DNA of 64,000 nucleotides from Diplonema japonicum (GCA_964019335.1 OZ025661.1:496001-560000), one strand, 5' to 3'; shown: positions 1-13,995, counted from the stretch's first letter. Numbers and translations: made by a program. Notes: a model not told the origin generated them from the letters alone.

Positions 1-49
1 AAAAAAAAAAAAGAAGCAGTTTCAGTTCCAGTAAAAAATTGTCCTACAC

Positions 50-124
50 CTATTCCTTGGCCCCTCGGCCACCAGCCTTCATAACTTCATCGATGAGGAG
101 AAGCTGAGTCGCAATCACGGCACT

Positions 125-165
<41 letters not shown>

Positions 166-1807
166 CCATCATACGTAGCTTCCAGCTGCTGTCTCTTCAC
201 CCTGAAGTTGTCAACAACACCAGCGGCAACAGGGTCAGTCACGCAACCCGACTCCAGGTCCAGGCCAAAGCGGCTCTCGGTACCATAGCCCTCCCTCTGG
301 TTCCTGAGGAGAGTGTGCCTAAGAGCGGGGGCAGCACCGCCCTCAGCTGCGCTCTCCGCCAGCACCTTGGGCACACCCATGAGGGCGTCACCGAAGGCCT
401 TCACACAGGGGGTGAGCTCGTTCTTCACCTCCTCCTTGTCAGCGAAGTGGTCCAGGTGCACCTTGCACGCCGACTCGAAGTCCCCAGCACCCGCCACCAC
501 ACACCCGTCCTCGATCGCGTTCCTCACTGCCCTCAGCCCATCCCTCACAGCTTCCTTGATCTGAGCGATGGTGTGGTCGTTGGGTCCTGTGCAGTGTCAC
601 CCCATGCCCATGCCCTTTCATACCCTTCAGCAGGATGGTCCCCGAAAGGGGAGTCTTCGGCTTCTCGATGAACGTGTACTTCTCGTCACCTGTTGTTCTG
701 TACTGTTAACAAGTAAAGCATACCCAGCACGTGTTCGTGCACCAACTCGGCCCACCCCAAGTGCGACTCGTTCAGATCGTCGAAGTGGTTGACGGCCTCC
801 CCACCGCAGCACAGGGCGATCCTCTCCATGTTCCTCCTCTTGGCCCTGCGGAGCCCCAGAATGCCGTTCCTCGCCAGGATGTCCAGGGACATGGGGTCAA
901 TTCCCTTCTGGTTGATCACGACAAGATTTTTGCCGGAGCCCTCAGGGCACAGCTTGTTCTTCAGCTCGACGATGGCGTGGCAGCGGGAGTCGACGGTCTT
1001 GCGCTCGGCGTTGGCCATGGCCTCCTTCTGGTCCGCTGTTTTGTAGTAGAATCCGGAGTTGAGTTCAGACTTCTCGTACTCGAGGGACACGTTGCAGGTG
1101 AGGATGTAGCAGTTCTCGACGTACCTGGGCATCTCGGGGTGCCTGCCACCGTGGTCGAGCACGAGGCCGGGGATGAACTTGGTCTCGGAACCGAGCTTGT
1201 GCTTCATGTGCATGATCTCGACCATGTGGAGGTCGATCTGCTCCTCGGGCCTGCGGATGGTGAGCACGGCATCAACGATGTTGACTGCGAGCTTCTCGAC
1301 GAGCTCCGGCTGGATCTTGGTGGAGAGGGACGACCTGGCGATGGTGTCAAGCATCTCCCTCTCGTTCTCGGGGGTGATGGGGATCTTTCTGGATTCGAGG
1401 AACTTGATGGCCTCGTTGGCGGCAAGGTCGAACCCCTCAGCAATGGTACGGGGGTGGATGCCCTCGGCGACAAGTTCATCCGCATGCGTCAGCGCCTCGC
1501 CGATCATGATCACGGTGCTGGTGGTGCCGTCGCCTGTCTCGTCGTCCATGGCCGTGGACGCCCTTGCAATGAGAGCGGCTGTCGGGTGCTGTATCTGCAT
1601 CTCACCAAGCAGCACGCTTCCGTCCTTCGTCATCTTGATCTGCCCCGCACCCCCCACCAACATCTTCATGGTGCCCATCGGGCCCAGGTTCGTCCTCAAA
1701 ACATTCATCAGACCTTTCGCCCCGCTGATGCTGAAGTGCATGGCGGCCCTGCCCTGGACGGAGGCCCCGTTCGGGTTTAAATATTGCATTGCTGTTGTTG
1801 ATGCCAT
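50..1807 (-). CDS. CCT6: Chaperonin CCT/TCP-1 subunit zeta (4 exons)
   Basis: Motifs RTNLGPMGTMKML, TKDG, GDGTTS, LVLDHGGRHP, LRRAKRRNMER. Removing GT-AG introns 690..723, 587..623 and 123..174 gives a continuous frame (VLG|DEKYTFIE, LLKG|PNDHT, EAT|AVIATQLLLIDEVMKAG...TAG at 50). Confidence 0.95.
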
Positions 1808-2751
1808 TTTTTTTCTTTTTTTTCTTTTCCCTCTTAAATTCCTCGATTTTCTGGGGGGAGGGGGGCGGTTAAGAAAGAAAAATTCAGAATGATAGGAAAG
1901 GGAGCAAACGATTTTCAAAATAAAAAAGATAAAGAAAGACTAACAAGGCCTCGTGCTGCACACGTACATTACAATGAAAGGGATGGAATAAAAAAGAGGG
2001 AGGGGGAGGGAGATACATATGGAGAACAGAAAGGTCCCCCCCCCCCCCCCATCTCATATCTCCACACTTCTTCGCACACCTAAAGAAGAAGAAAAATAAA
2101 AAAGGGGGAGGGAAGATCAGGGTGTTGTGCGGTTTCGGAAAACAAGCAATCAAGATAAGAATATTTACCCCCTCCTCCTTCTTTTCTCTCCCAGAAAAGA
2201 TAGAAGCAGATGGCTTCTTCACACCCTCCTTAAGAAGGAAAAAAAAAAAAAAAAGAGAGAAGGGAACTGTCAACCACGTAGATTGGCACGGTGCTCAAGA
2301 GTTAGGTGCGAGGAACTCCTTTTTTTTCACACAATAAAAAGAAGAAAAAAAGAAAAGGATGGCAGAAAAGGATAGAAAGACTTTAAAGTGAGAGTAACGT
2401 GAAACATACAGCAGGTCACGGGTGTTATTATAATACATATTATTTTTCCCCCCCCCTTCTCTTTCTATTGTCTATCCTCTTTTCAAAGCTAACGAGAAAA
2501 GAACGATTTTACTCCCTCACCCTCTCCCTCTCTTTTCAATTCTAATAACAATAACGAGGACGCAGTGTCCATACGTCGCTCCCCTCAAGGGGATAGGAAA
2601 GTACAAAAACAAAAATTAAATTCAAAGAAAAAAAAAAAAGAGCTGTACACACGAGAGGGATATTTTATTTTATTTATTATTTTTTTTTGTTTTTTCCCCT
2701 GCGACGTCTCCACTACTTTCTATTTAACTACACGGGCCGAGGCTCCTGTGC

Positions 2752-5700
2752 TTACATTGAGGAGGCGAAGGAGCGGTGGGTGCTTGGAGAGGGTGAGGGC
2801 ACATGGGATGATTTGTAAGGAGAAGGAGAACGAGTTGGAGAGGCTGAGAAAGACGATGTCTGCACTGGACGGCCATAGGACACCCTGCCTGCAGCGTGGA
2901 TTGCGCGCCTCACGGGAGCTTTAACTACACCTGTCTCTGCAGGAGAGGCAGCGAATTTCCTTGGTACAGGGGACCTTGCACCTCCTGGTGATGGCGACCT
3001 TGAAGGAGACCGCATGGACGCCCTGCTTGTCGACAGTGACAAACGAGAAGCTCCCAAGAAGCTGTTCCCAGGGCTCGTGCTGAACCTCTGTCCAATGCCC
3101 AACCCTATTCCTTTCTTCGCAAGTTCCCCGCTTTCCTTCTGGTCTAGGATGTGCTTCAGCAGGTATGCCTCCTTCTCTGTCTCGCGCACCCTGTCGCTCA
3201 TTTCTTTCACCGTCCCTGTCTTCTTCTCCAAGTCTCTTTTGTAACTATTCAGCTTCTCCTCCAATAATGTCGCCCTTGCCTCTGCCCTTTCCTTCTCGCT
3301 TTTTTTCTTCGCCAGGTCCTTCCTGTACTTCGCCTCTGCTGAACGGATCTCTTTGTTCTTCTTGGCCAGCTCCATGTTCAGCTTCCTGTTTGCCGCCACC
3401 TCCATCTTCTGCCCTTCAATAAGCCTCTGCTGCTTGCCTTCAAGACCCTTGGCCTTCCTCTCCATGTTCGATGCCCTGTTCTTGAAAGTGCTCAGCATTT
3501 TCAGCTCTTTCTCCTTCCCTTGAACGTCTTTGCTGCGCGACTTCAACCCCTCGTAGTTCTTCGTCAGCCTGTTCTTCTCGATAAGTATTTTTCTCTGCGC
3601 GGCACGGAGATCGCTGACACGTTTGGTGTTTTCCTCCAACTCGGTACGTGCCTGCTGCAGGTCGTGGACGCTTGTCTTGCATTCAGTTGACAGCTGTCCG
3701 CACTTCTTGGTCTGAGCCTCTGACAGCATCACAGCAGTCTCGTGTCTGTCAGCGAGGATCTGCAGCTCTCGTTCCATCTGTTGTGTGTTGTGTTGTTGTT
3801 GTGTGCAGTACCTCAGCTATCGTGTCGATTGAGTTCTGCAGCTGCTCCTTCGTCAGCTCCACCTCGTTCTGTGCAGTGTCGTGCCATGTGTCGCGGTGCA
3901 TACCTCCAGATGCTCCTTCATATCCAATGAGACTGCTACTTCCAGCTCGTCTTGCAGTTTTTGCAGCTCATCTTTCAAGTTGCAAGCCAGTTCTTTCTCC
4001 GCGGCCATCTCACCTTCTGCTTCTTCGAGGCGTCTCAAGAGTTTCTCCTGTTCGGCTTTTGCTGCTGCGGTTTCCTGAACTTGCTGCAGGTAGGCAGCCT
4101 GTAACTCTTCAAGCTGCTTGCGCAGTTCAATGACTTCGCTCCGCGAGCCACGCAGGGAGTCCCTCTCACACAGTGCTTCCGAGAGTGTTTCTTCCATTTG
4201 CCGCTGCACCCTCTTGTGCTCTTCTTCCTCTTCATGCCGTTTCGCAGATGTCGCTTTGAGCTTCACTTGTAGCTTTTCGTTTTGTTCCTCGACCTGCTGC
4301 CGGGTCTCGCCTTCGCTGGCGAGCTTTGCCAGCTGTACTTCCATGTCCATCGAGTGCTCTTCGATCTTGAAGGCCTTCTTTTTGATTTCTTGCAAGCTGC
4401 ACTCTTTCTCCTTCATATCGTACTGCAAGTTCTCGAAGGCCATCTGAGTGTCATCCTTCTCTACTGCGCTGATCTCAGCCTCCTGCTTCCAGTTAGCAGC
4501 GGAGGCAGTCACCTGCGCCAGCTTCGCCTTCAGCAGCTCGTTCTTCTGCTGCAGCTCTGAACGCTTCTTCGACTCTGCAGCCTGCCTGTCACGTACCTCT
4601 TCGATCTCGCGGTGCAGCTGTGTGTTCTCTTCCTTGCGCATCTTCTTCTCCTTCTGCAGCACTTTCTCTAATTCAAGTATCTTAGCATTCTTTCCATTCA
4701 CGGCAGACTCTGCGCTTGTTGCCCGCTCCTCTGCTTGCCTTAAACCTTCTTCGAGATAAATGATCTCGGAGTGCGCTGTCTCCTTCACTTCCTCTGCTGA
4801 CTGCAGCTTGCGCTTCAGTTGCCTCACGTGCTGTGCCTCTTCATCTGCCTTCCTTTCGATCAGTTCTGCCTCTCTCTGTAGCTCCTTCGCTTGCGTCTCT
4901 CGTTCTTGGGCCAGTTTTTGGTATTTGTCTGCCACCTTTTTGGCCTCGTCACGATCGTAGCGCATTGCCTCTTTCTCCGATTTCAGTGCGTGCGTCGCTA
5001 CCAACACACGCTCTAGGTCTGCATCCTTCTCGGCCAGCTCCTTCTCAACAACTCGCAGATTCGCCACCAGCTGCTTCTTCACGAGGTCGGTTTCTTTTAG
5101 CTCTGTAGCCATGTCTTCGACTTGTTCTGCCAAGGTGCCGATCTCGTGTGTGAGGGTCTCTTCTTTTTGTCTCAGTTCGTCCCTGCCTTGAATCGCTGTC
5201 TCCAGCTCGTTCTTGATGTCTCGCAGCTCAGCACGCCTCTCGGCCAAGTCGTTCTCTGCCACGCGTGACTTTTGCGTTGTACGCTGCAGGGCTTCCGTGT
5301 TGTCAGTCAACTGCTGCTCCAGCCTACGGGACTGCTCCGTGGCCTTCTTGATATCGGCCTGCAACGTCTTCTCCAAGAGTTCCTTCTCGTGTTGCGCCTT
5401 CATCATATCAGCTTGAAGCTGCCTCCCCATAGAGTCCTTGTCATCTTGCACTTTTCTAATAGCATCTTCCAGCTGTTCCCTCTCCTCGGTGGCGCGCATG
5501 GTTTCGGTGTGAAGGGTTCTCTCCAATTGGCTTTTGTCTTCTTGTGTCCTTCTGATATCCTCTTCAAGACGTGTCCGCTCTTCCCTGGCCCGTTCAGCAT
5601 CGGCTTGGAGTGTTGTTTCTAAGTAAGCCTTATCTTCCTTCACTCTATGGATGCTCTCCTCCAAAAACGCCCGTTCTTCCTGTGCTTGTCTTGCCTCGGC

Positions 5701-7593
5701 GTGGAGTTTCTTCTCCATAAGAATCTTTTCGTCTTGCGTTTGTCTGATGCTCTCTTCGAGGAGTTCTCTGTCGTGCTGTGCTCTCGTCTTGTCTTCCTCA
5801 AGGGCCTTCTCCATGCGAGCCTTGTCGTTCTGCAACCGCAGGATCTCTCGCTCAAGCGTTTCCTTCTCCTGTTTAGCTCTCTTCACGTCTGTCTGCAGCT
5901 CGTGCTCCAACTTCTCCCTGTCCTCCTGTGCCGCTCTGATGTTTGCCTCAAGTTGCGCGCGTTCTTTTTTTGCCTTCCTGGAATCTTCCTCAAGTGCCTG
6001 TTCCAAAGACTCCTTTTCCTCCTGCACACCTCGTATGTCTGTCTCGAGGCGTATCCTTTCTCGTTCTACTCTCTCAATGTCTCCTTGCAAGGTCGCTTCC
6101 AATCTCTCCTTGTCCTCTTGCGCTTTTCTAATGTCTTCCTGAAGAGATCTTTCCAGCCTGATTCGCTCGTTTTCTGTTGCTTCACGTAGTTGGTGCTCCC
6201 TCTTGATCTCCTCCTGCAGCACGTCGTACTGCCCGCGGACCTCGTTCAGGTTAGCCATCGACATCATCGCCTCGTCCTCCTTCTGCTTCAGTTCCTTCGC
6301 CAGCGACGACAGGTCGTCTTCCACGGCCTTTAGATTGGACTTTTCGTTTTCCAGCTGGCTCTTGATGGTCTGCGCCTCTTTCTTCCATTGCCGCTCCTTA
6401 TTTCTGTTCTCGCTGATCTGCTTCTCCAAAGAGGTAATCTCAGTCTGATGTGTCTCGTTCAGATTGGCGATCGTCTGCTCGAAGACGATTTTCTTCTCCT
6501 TTGCCACAGCACGCTGTTTCATGAGCTCGTTCGCCTGCCTCGTGATCTGCACGTTCTTAGCAACGGAACCGAACTTCAACGTGCACCGCGTCTCGTCTTC
6601 GTCGCTGCGGTCAGAGGAACAGCAGCAGATGAGCGCGAAGAAGGAGTTGGTGAGGGTCTCCTTCAAGTACATGGTGAGGATGTTCTCTCGGAAGGGGATC
6701 ACTTTGTCGTTCTTTGAAAGACCTTCCATTACCCTGCCCAGAGTGGTGAGCGCCATGTTGATGGCCTTACCTTCTTCGAACACGGAACCCGAAGCTTTGG
6801 TTCTGTGTGCACGCTCGCTTCCAGCGAGATCCACTATGAGCAGCGTGGATTGGATGTCCGCACCGTCGCCGCCTCGCTTCGTGATGGTGAGGAAGTACAT
6901 TGTGTGGGAACGCGAGGAACGGTCGTTGAGCGCGTGTGCGTTGGTGGCACGCCACCTGTTGCCTTTCTTCACCAGCTGTACAGCCTCCGCTGCCGTTTTG
7001 ATGGTGATGTACTTCTTCGGAAGGGAGTCCATCCCCTTGTTCTTCACGTTGAGCGCATCGCCGTGTTTGGAGTCCTTCCCACCGCCTAGCAGGTCGTACA
7101 CAGAGTCAAGGTAAATCTGCAGGTACGAAATTTCGATTTTGAGGGAGGCACCTGGTTGTTTTTCAAGTTCCTCTGCCCAGTCGAAGCATGCTTGCGTGGC
7201 GCGTGGCAGCATGTTGGACACAGTGTGTGTCTTCCCCGACCCTGTCTGCCCGTAGCATAGGATGGTGGCGTTGTACCCCTCTCGGAGCTTGGGCGACGCC
7301 TCGTTCCACAAGGATTTGAAGAGCTCGTCCTCTTTCGTTTGCATGCCGAAGACGTTGGCGTACTTGTACTTCCGCTCTTCCTGGTCTGCTCTGCCGTCGT
7401 GGGTTTCCGTCCTGGTGTGCAGGGTGAGCTCTCCCTTGTCCCCGATATCTAGCATCAAGGCCTCTCCGTTTGTTCGCTGCGGTGCGAACCTCGGGCAGAC
7501 AAACACCGCATCTTGCTTCTCTTCCTTCAGAGAAGACAGGTCCACCGTCCTTGGCGGCACAGCACCCCCGTTACGCGGCCTTCTCTGGAACAT
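2752..7593 (-). CDS. N-terminal kinesin motor protein with a very long coiled-coil stalk (3 exons)
   Basis: P-loop YGQTGSGKT, switch I NDRSSRSH, switch II DLAGSE. Introns 3869..3903 and 3778..3811 join ORF 3853..7593 to ORF 2752..3777 in frame. Confidence 0.93.
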
Positions 7594-8581
7594 GGCCTCC
7601 TGTGTGACAGTGTCATTTCAAAGGGAATAAAAAGGAGTAAAAAAAAAAAAAAGAAAGACATAAACATCAGAAGGGAAGATGTGCGGGAGGGGTGGAGGGG
7701 CATGGCAATCAGTCTGGGGGCGCACGCAAACAGGGGGTGCGGGTCGTACTATGTGTTTCATGTTCTCTTCTCATCAAGTCCCCCCCCCCCCCCCCATGCG
7801 GTGTGTTCTCTTTCCTTTGCTCTCCCTTGGTGATCTCTTATCTTGCAAGGTTTCCGGAAGGGAAAAGAGGGAGGGGGGGGGGGGGGGGGGGAGCGGTAGC
7901 TGAAGGAATAAAAAGAGAAGAAAAAAAGAGGGGGGGGGACAAAAAGAACACACACGCACTCCCTCCTTCCCAAAGAAAAAAGTTTTATTTTTTTTTTCTC
8001 TTTTATCCTCACCTTCAGGGAAAGTTTGTTGGGTAGAAAGTGGGTGGGGGGGGGGGGGGGGGGGTATCTCAATAAGTTCTTTTTTTAATAATTCTGTATT
8101 AAATTTCTGTTTTTTTTCCCTTCCGTTCAAAAAAAATCTCTTTGACTATTGCCGTTTTTTTTTTTACCCTCTCATTTTTTTTACACCTCCTTTTTTTGTT
8201 GTGTTATTGGGGGAAAACAAAGTGGAAAAAGAAGAAAAAAGGGGGGTGGAAAAGTTCACCGTGGGTAGGGGTGGACAAGGGTGAGTGAACAAAAAAAAGA
8301 GAAAAAAAGGGGGGGGGGTGGAAAAGTTTTGACAAATACAGCACTAAGAAGAGAGAATAGGAAAAATAAAACAAGGGGGCAATCTTTTTGAATTTTTCTT
8401 ATTGCCCCACTCCACTGGAGATCCACAAGCCCTGCGCACAGGGGTGGGGTGGGAAGGATGTAAAAAAAAAGAAAAAACGGGGAAAAGAAAACAGTATTTA
8501 ATAAAAAAAAATTGAAAGAGGGGACAAAAAGAGTTCGTTTGTATGTATTCGCCATTGAGCAGACCTTTACAGGTAAAAGGC

Positions 8582-9020
8582 TTACAGCTCATCCAAGAAG
8601 TTCTGAGGGTTTTTTTTTTGTCTCCTTATTATTAGCACCTTCCCCATACCTTAATCTTTCCCCCCATCGCCTCAGACTTTACACCAAACCAGTCTTTTGC
8701 TTTCGAAAACTTTTTTTTTTTTTTTTCCAATTTTGTAAAACGAAAAAAAGAATCCCTCAATACCTTCTCCCCTGCTGTGTACAACGCGTCCGAGACATCA
8801 ACCCCACCACCCCCTGAGGGGTCCTTTGCGGGAGCTGACCCAAAGCCACTGTAGTCAGGACCACCGCCAACCTTAGCAGGCATGGGCTGTATTTTTTTTT
8901 TTAAAAACTTTTTTTTCTTTATTCAATAGATACCACGTGGGAAGCAGTGGAAGGGGCTGTGGGCTCTTCGCCGGCAGAGCCGCCACCCCCAGATCCGATG
9001 CCGTAGAATCTGATTTACGT

Positions 9021-9052
<32 letters not shown>

Positions 9053-9963
9053 TTTTTTTTTCCCCTCTCATTTCCCGCTACATACCGCCCCTTGTTGGCG
9101 GGTGCTTCATAGGTAGCAGCGTAGTCGGTGGTCGTCGCCTCGTACGACTTGCCGCCGGAAGTCTTTTCGCTAGGCGAGTTCTGTGGTGGATTTCTTCTTC
9201 TTCTTTTTTTTTTTTTAAACCACACCATGTTTGCATAGGGGTCAGATGACGCAGACAGGGCGGCTTCCCTCTCCTTCGCCTGCTGTGTCAGATCGATGGG
9301 CTCGTCCTTGACAATCTCCTTCTTGGGCTCCGGGAGGAAACCTTCCGGGACAGCGGTGTCTTTGGTAGCAAGTTTTACGGTCCCTGCATCGACCTTCTTG
9401 GCACCACCGATACCGGACTTCTTCTTCTTTGATGCGAGGTTGGGGCGGCGGGGCTGGGAAGGTGAGGAGGACTGGAGCATCACAGGTGACGCACAGGTAG
9501 GTGATTCCACAACAGGTGTCGTTGATGTGGGTGATGCTGATTCCGAGTTCCCCGGGCTCTCAGGCCGGATGGACTCCCAAGTCGATCCCTTCCCTTTGCA
9601 TAAGTTGTCAAGCTGCTTTTTGTACTGTGCCGCTGCGAGGGATGTGTACTTGTTTTTTACATCGCAGATGCCGTGTGCTCTGAAGTATTTTCTCGCAGGT
9701 CCGTTGCCCCCGAGCTTCATCCTCTGTGCCTGGTCAGGTTCTATCCCATCCAGAACCGCACTCCTCACAAATGAAATATGCACACCCATACCCCTGTGGG
9801 TCCCACTGCAGTCCTGACAAATGAAGATCCCGTAAGTCAGACTCAGCCATGTGGGGTTCTTCGCAGGACAGTCAAAACACATTTTGTTCTCGGGTATCGA
9901 CCGCAGCTCCGCCACGTCCTCCTTCGCCTTTTTCCTTGCCGCCTCTTCAGGTGATTCGGTCAT
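8582..9963 (-). CDS. ADP-ribosylation factor GTPase-activating protein (ArfGAP), ~6 exons
   Basis: Zn finger CFDC-x16-CQDC followed by [13 protein letters not shown] and GGN. Downstream exons reconstructed through short A-rich GT-AG introns, ending KIK|NFLDEL-stop at 8582. Confidence 0.88.
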
Positions 9964-10527
9964 TGTATTTTTTTTTTTTCTTTCTTCTTTGGTTCGCTTC
10001 CCTCCTTTTTTTTTTGTGTTGAGGTTTAGTTTCCCGGTTGGGGGGGGGGGGGGGGGGTAAGAAACAAAAAAATATACAATGCTGCACATCAGGTGGCAAA
10101 AGATCCCTTTTTTTTTTTAAATTTAGGAAGTCTAAAAAATAAGAGCCGGACGCGAAAGGGTGACATGGATTATAAAACGGATTTAGAAGAAAAAAAAATC
10201 GAGAGGCAGTGATTGGGTATTACAAACTACCAAATTTTCAACTAATAATCTTTGGCCCTCCAATGTCGGGCCATGATGTAAAGGGGGAAAGACAAAAAAA
10301 AATGAAATCCTTTCTCAAACTGCAACACCCCTTTTTCTCTCTTTTTTTTTTTAAAAAAAAAGAATGAACAAAAATTCCCATGCATTTCACTCCCTTCCCT
10401 CACGTTTTTTTGGAACAAAAAAAAAAACTGAACAAAAATTGCGATCTACACGGCCTGCAGCAGGCATCTATTCTCGATCTGGTGAAGAAAGAGGGGGGGG
10501 GGGGGGGGGGGGTCTAAATACACGCAA

Positions 10528-13500
10528 CTATGTGTGTTGCTCTGCTATGAGGTCCGAGATGCAGCGGTCCTTCTCTTCGAGCTGTTGGCCCATTGCACGC
10601 AGTTGCTCATTTGCCTTTTTCTGGACTGCTTTGAGCTTTTCAAGCATTTCTTTGAGGCGTTGCTTGTCATCCTCAAGAAGGGTCACACGCTCCTTTAGCG
10701 CTGGGTCTTCTTCAATGTTTCCATTTGCAGACGATGCGCTCTCCAGCTCCAAACACCGCAGCTCTAGTTCCCGTAATCTCCCTTCGCTTCTCTCTTTCCC
10801 TTCTTTCCACTCTCGTATCTCATCTTCCATCACATTCCCCCTTACCTCCATGCCACCTATTTTCGTTTTCAAATTTGCAATTTCGCCCAGTAGCTCTTCC
10901 TCGCCTTTTGCCTTCGCAGCTTCAAGCTCTGCATATTTTTCCTCGTATCTGTTGTGAAAAAAAAAAAAAAAAAAAATGGCGATTGCCTCCTCGTTTGTGT
11001 CAACACATACATAGCACCCTTTTTTCCCTTCTCTATCTCTTCTGTTAAACTGTTTACTTTCTCATTTAACGTTGTTATCTGTTTGTGGTTTTCTTATGTG
11101 TAAAAAAAAAAGGGGGGTCATTACCTCTGCGGCTGCAGCCTCCTTGTCGCGTACCAGTCTCGCCTCCACTTCCCGTCGTTCTTGTTGCACGGTTTCCATC
11201 TCCTCGTTCACCTTTTGATCCCTTTCCAGTTCTATGATTTTTTGTTTTTCCAGTGCGTCCTGTTTTATGTGGTTAATTGATGATAAACTTGTATTATTTG
11301 TGCTACCAAAACGACAGGAGTTACCATTGTATTTTTTTTCTTACCCCCCCCATTGCAACACACCCCAGCTTCTTTCACGAACGTGTTCAGCCTCTCCATC
11401 TCCGCTGCATACTGTTCGTTCTCCTCCCTCAGCGACGCCACAGCAGCCTCGGCGTGCAGATTGCTGTTTGACAACAGCTGCTCCTTTTCCTCTTCCAGCG
11501 TTTGATTTTTCTCTCGTTCCTGTTGTTATCTCAATTGTTACCCCCCCACCTGTTGTACCTGAAAGAGCTCACTCTTCTGCCTCTCAAGCTCAGTCATCAT
11601 CACAGCCACGTCTGTCCGCAGCTCCTCGACCTCTTCGTGTTCTTGTATCTGCTGCATTAGAGCTGCGACCTGCTCCTTGAGGCTTGCATTCTCGTTCCTA
11701 AGGTCCTCGAGTACTGTGTTCGCGCTGTTGAGCGACGTCAGCGCACGTGACTCCGTGCTCCTGAGGTCCATCTCTTTCTCGTTGATGTCCAGCTCCCGCA
11801 CGTAGATGTCGCGCTCACGGTTTTCGATGTCGCGCAGGGAAGTGTTCAACTCGTTCTCACGCGCACGCAACGCACGGTCCTTGTCGTTCATGGCGCGGTC
11901 CTTGTCGTTTATAGCAGCGTAGCGTGCCTCAACCTCAGCTGCCTTCTCTTGCTGTTGCAGCTGCCTATTTATCGCGTTCCTGAGCTGCTCTTCGAGCTCA
12001 TGGTACTCCTCGTCGGTGTGCTCTGCCCGCTTGTGCTGTGCGTCTGTCAGCCTTGCCGATAGTTCGGCATTCGACGCCATCAACGCAGTCACCTCAGCTG
12101 CCGTGTTGCTCAGCTCCTGCTCTGCCTCTGTTGCCCTGCTGGCGGTGGCCATCATTGTGGCAAGCATGTTTCTAATATCAGCTAGCCCGTAATGCGGCTG
12201 GTGCGTGTGCTCCGGGTGCAGTTGCTTGTACACCTGCACCATCATTGCGCGGATGTCGCCCAGCTCCGTCTCTGCGCGCTTTCTCCTGTCGCTCTCAACT
12301 TCAGTTGCCTTCCCCCGTTCCAGCCTCAGTGATGTGAGCTCCCCTTTCAGTTGCTCTTCAGAGGCTTCCAGCATACATATTCTGTCGTCCCTTGCCTGAA
12401 ATTCAGCATCTTTGCCCTGTGCCTCGTACCGCACTACCTCCAACTCCGCCTTCGAGTCGCTTGTTATGTCGCGTGCCTCGTCTATCGCCTCGACGCACCA
12501 GATGGGGACCACGTAGTCGTGGTCACGCCACGTGCTGATGGCACCTTCTTGTTTGTTGGAGGTCCAGATCTCGATGTCTTCCGGCACCGACACCACGCGC
12601 AACATCGCGCCCACGCCACCCGGCGCCCCGTAATTAAAGGCACGCATGAGTTCCAAGGTCTGCTGGTTCCAAACAGTTACTCTGCCAGATTCCTGGAAAG
12701 CGTAAAGAGAATTCGAGCATGTTACTATCCTTATTGGCCCCCTGCCGCCTGTCTCGAGCACGGCACTGCACGTCAACGTGAGGGCATCCACCACGTGCAA
12801 CCCACCCATCTCAGTACTAACCCACAGGTACCTCCCGCTCAGCACAAGGTCGATAACAGCAGACCCAAGCGGCAGGTTCCCTACTGTTTTTGTGAAGGAT
12901 GTGTCCCACACGTGGATGGTGCCACCGCTCCCTCCCACAAACACCTTTCGCCCCCCGCATGTTATGGCCGTAACGGACCCCAGTGCCGACCCGAGAGTTC
13001 CATATTGCTCCATCGTGATGGGGTCGAGTAAGTGCAGAGACGAATCCTCACCGCCAGTCACGATGCCGCCTGCGTTCCCTAGCATGCTCATCACCGTCAC
13101 GGCCCCGTCGTGAAGTTTCACATCGCCACTCTGCCTCTCGCCCTTGGCAGCGTCCACAGCCATTATCGTTCCGTTGGCCTGGCCAAGTAGCACCTTAGCA
13201 CTGCCGTAACTACCAGGTACAAACAACATGCACATGATCTTAGGAGAGCCTGAGCCGCGCTGCGTCATCCCGAACACCGTGCCGTCCTTCTCCCGTATGC
13301 TCACGTTGCCGTTCTCCTCAGCACACCACACAGTGGTGTCGGCACATATCATGCAGCGCACGTTGCCAGGGATCTTAGAGGAAGCCCCAGACGTCATTTG
13401 GCGGCCGATGGTGGCGCGGGGTATCCGAGGGGTACGCTTCTTGACTGCCACGGGGATCATCGTAGGTTGGTGGCGTTTTGCAGAAGGGGATGGCGACGCT

Positions 13501-13796
13501 GTTCTTCCAGCAGAGGTGTGGCCAGTGTGCGAAGGTGTCGAAGACGTACTTCTGCCAAAACTGTTGACAGGTGTCCTCGACCTGGCTGTGTTGATGGAAG
13601 GGCTCCCGCTCCTCATTGACCTGGGTGTAGGTGTTGCCCGTGGGGTGGTTGACCGCGTGCCTGTTGTCGATATCGTCGTTGTGGTTGGTATCCTAGCCCC
13701 GTTCCGGTTCGCACGTGCTGCTGTCCTGCTGCCGCCATCCCTCTGCCACACTGCTACCTTCTTAGCTCTTGGTGTCTTCTCATCATCCCCAGGCAT
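10528..13796 (-). CDS. WD40-like beta-propeller plus coiled-coil protein with basic S/T/P-rich N-terminus (4 exons)
   Basis: WD-like repeats (HDGAVTVM, VTGGEDSSL, GGSGGTIHVWD), heptad-rich C-terminus. Three GT-AG introns link ORFs 11538..13796, 11265..11474 and 10528..10872 in frame. Confidence 0.75.
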
Positions 13797-13882
13797 CCCC
13801 CTCCCTCTGTGATTTCCTCATAAATGACTATATGAGGCAAGAATAAATAAAAACAGTAGTGATTAGCCCACCCATCAGCATG

Positions 13883-13973
13883 TGATCAGTTAGGTACAGC
13901 GGCCTCATCCGCTGCGTGGGGCGCACACTACACTGTCAGAACAGTGTTCGGTTGTTGAAGTCTCATCATATCA
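13883..13973 (-). ncRNA. Candidate box C/D snoRNA
   Basis: Intergenic. Minus strand has ATGATGA (C, 13963..13969), CTGA (D'), GGATGA (C'-like) and CTGA (D, 13886..13889) over 84 nt, with a short TGA/TCA terminal stem. No rRNA target identified. Confidence 0.4.
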
Positions 13974-13995
13974 TCATTCCCTTTTTCCTATGCGA

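Noticed and set aside
731-1780. Long plus-strand ORFs antisense to genes (also 14687..15757, 35580..36359, 36854..37711)
   Set aside because: Shadow ORFs produced by GC3-rich codon usage of the minus-strand genes; no recognisable motifs.
7620-8560. ORFs rich in poly-K/F/P/G in intergenic DNA (also 1.9-2.7 kb, 27.4-28 kb)
   Set aside because: Translations of homopolymer tracts, not coding.
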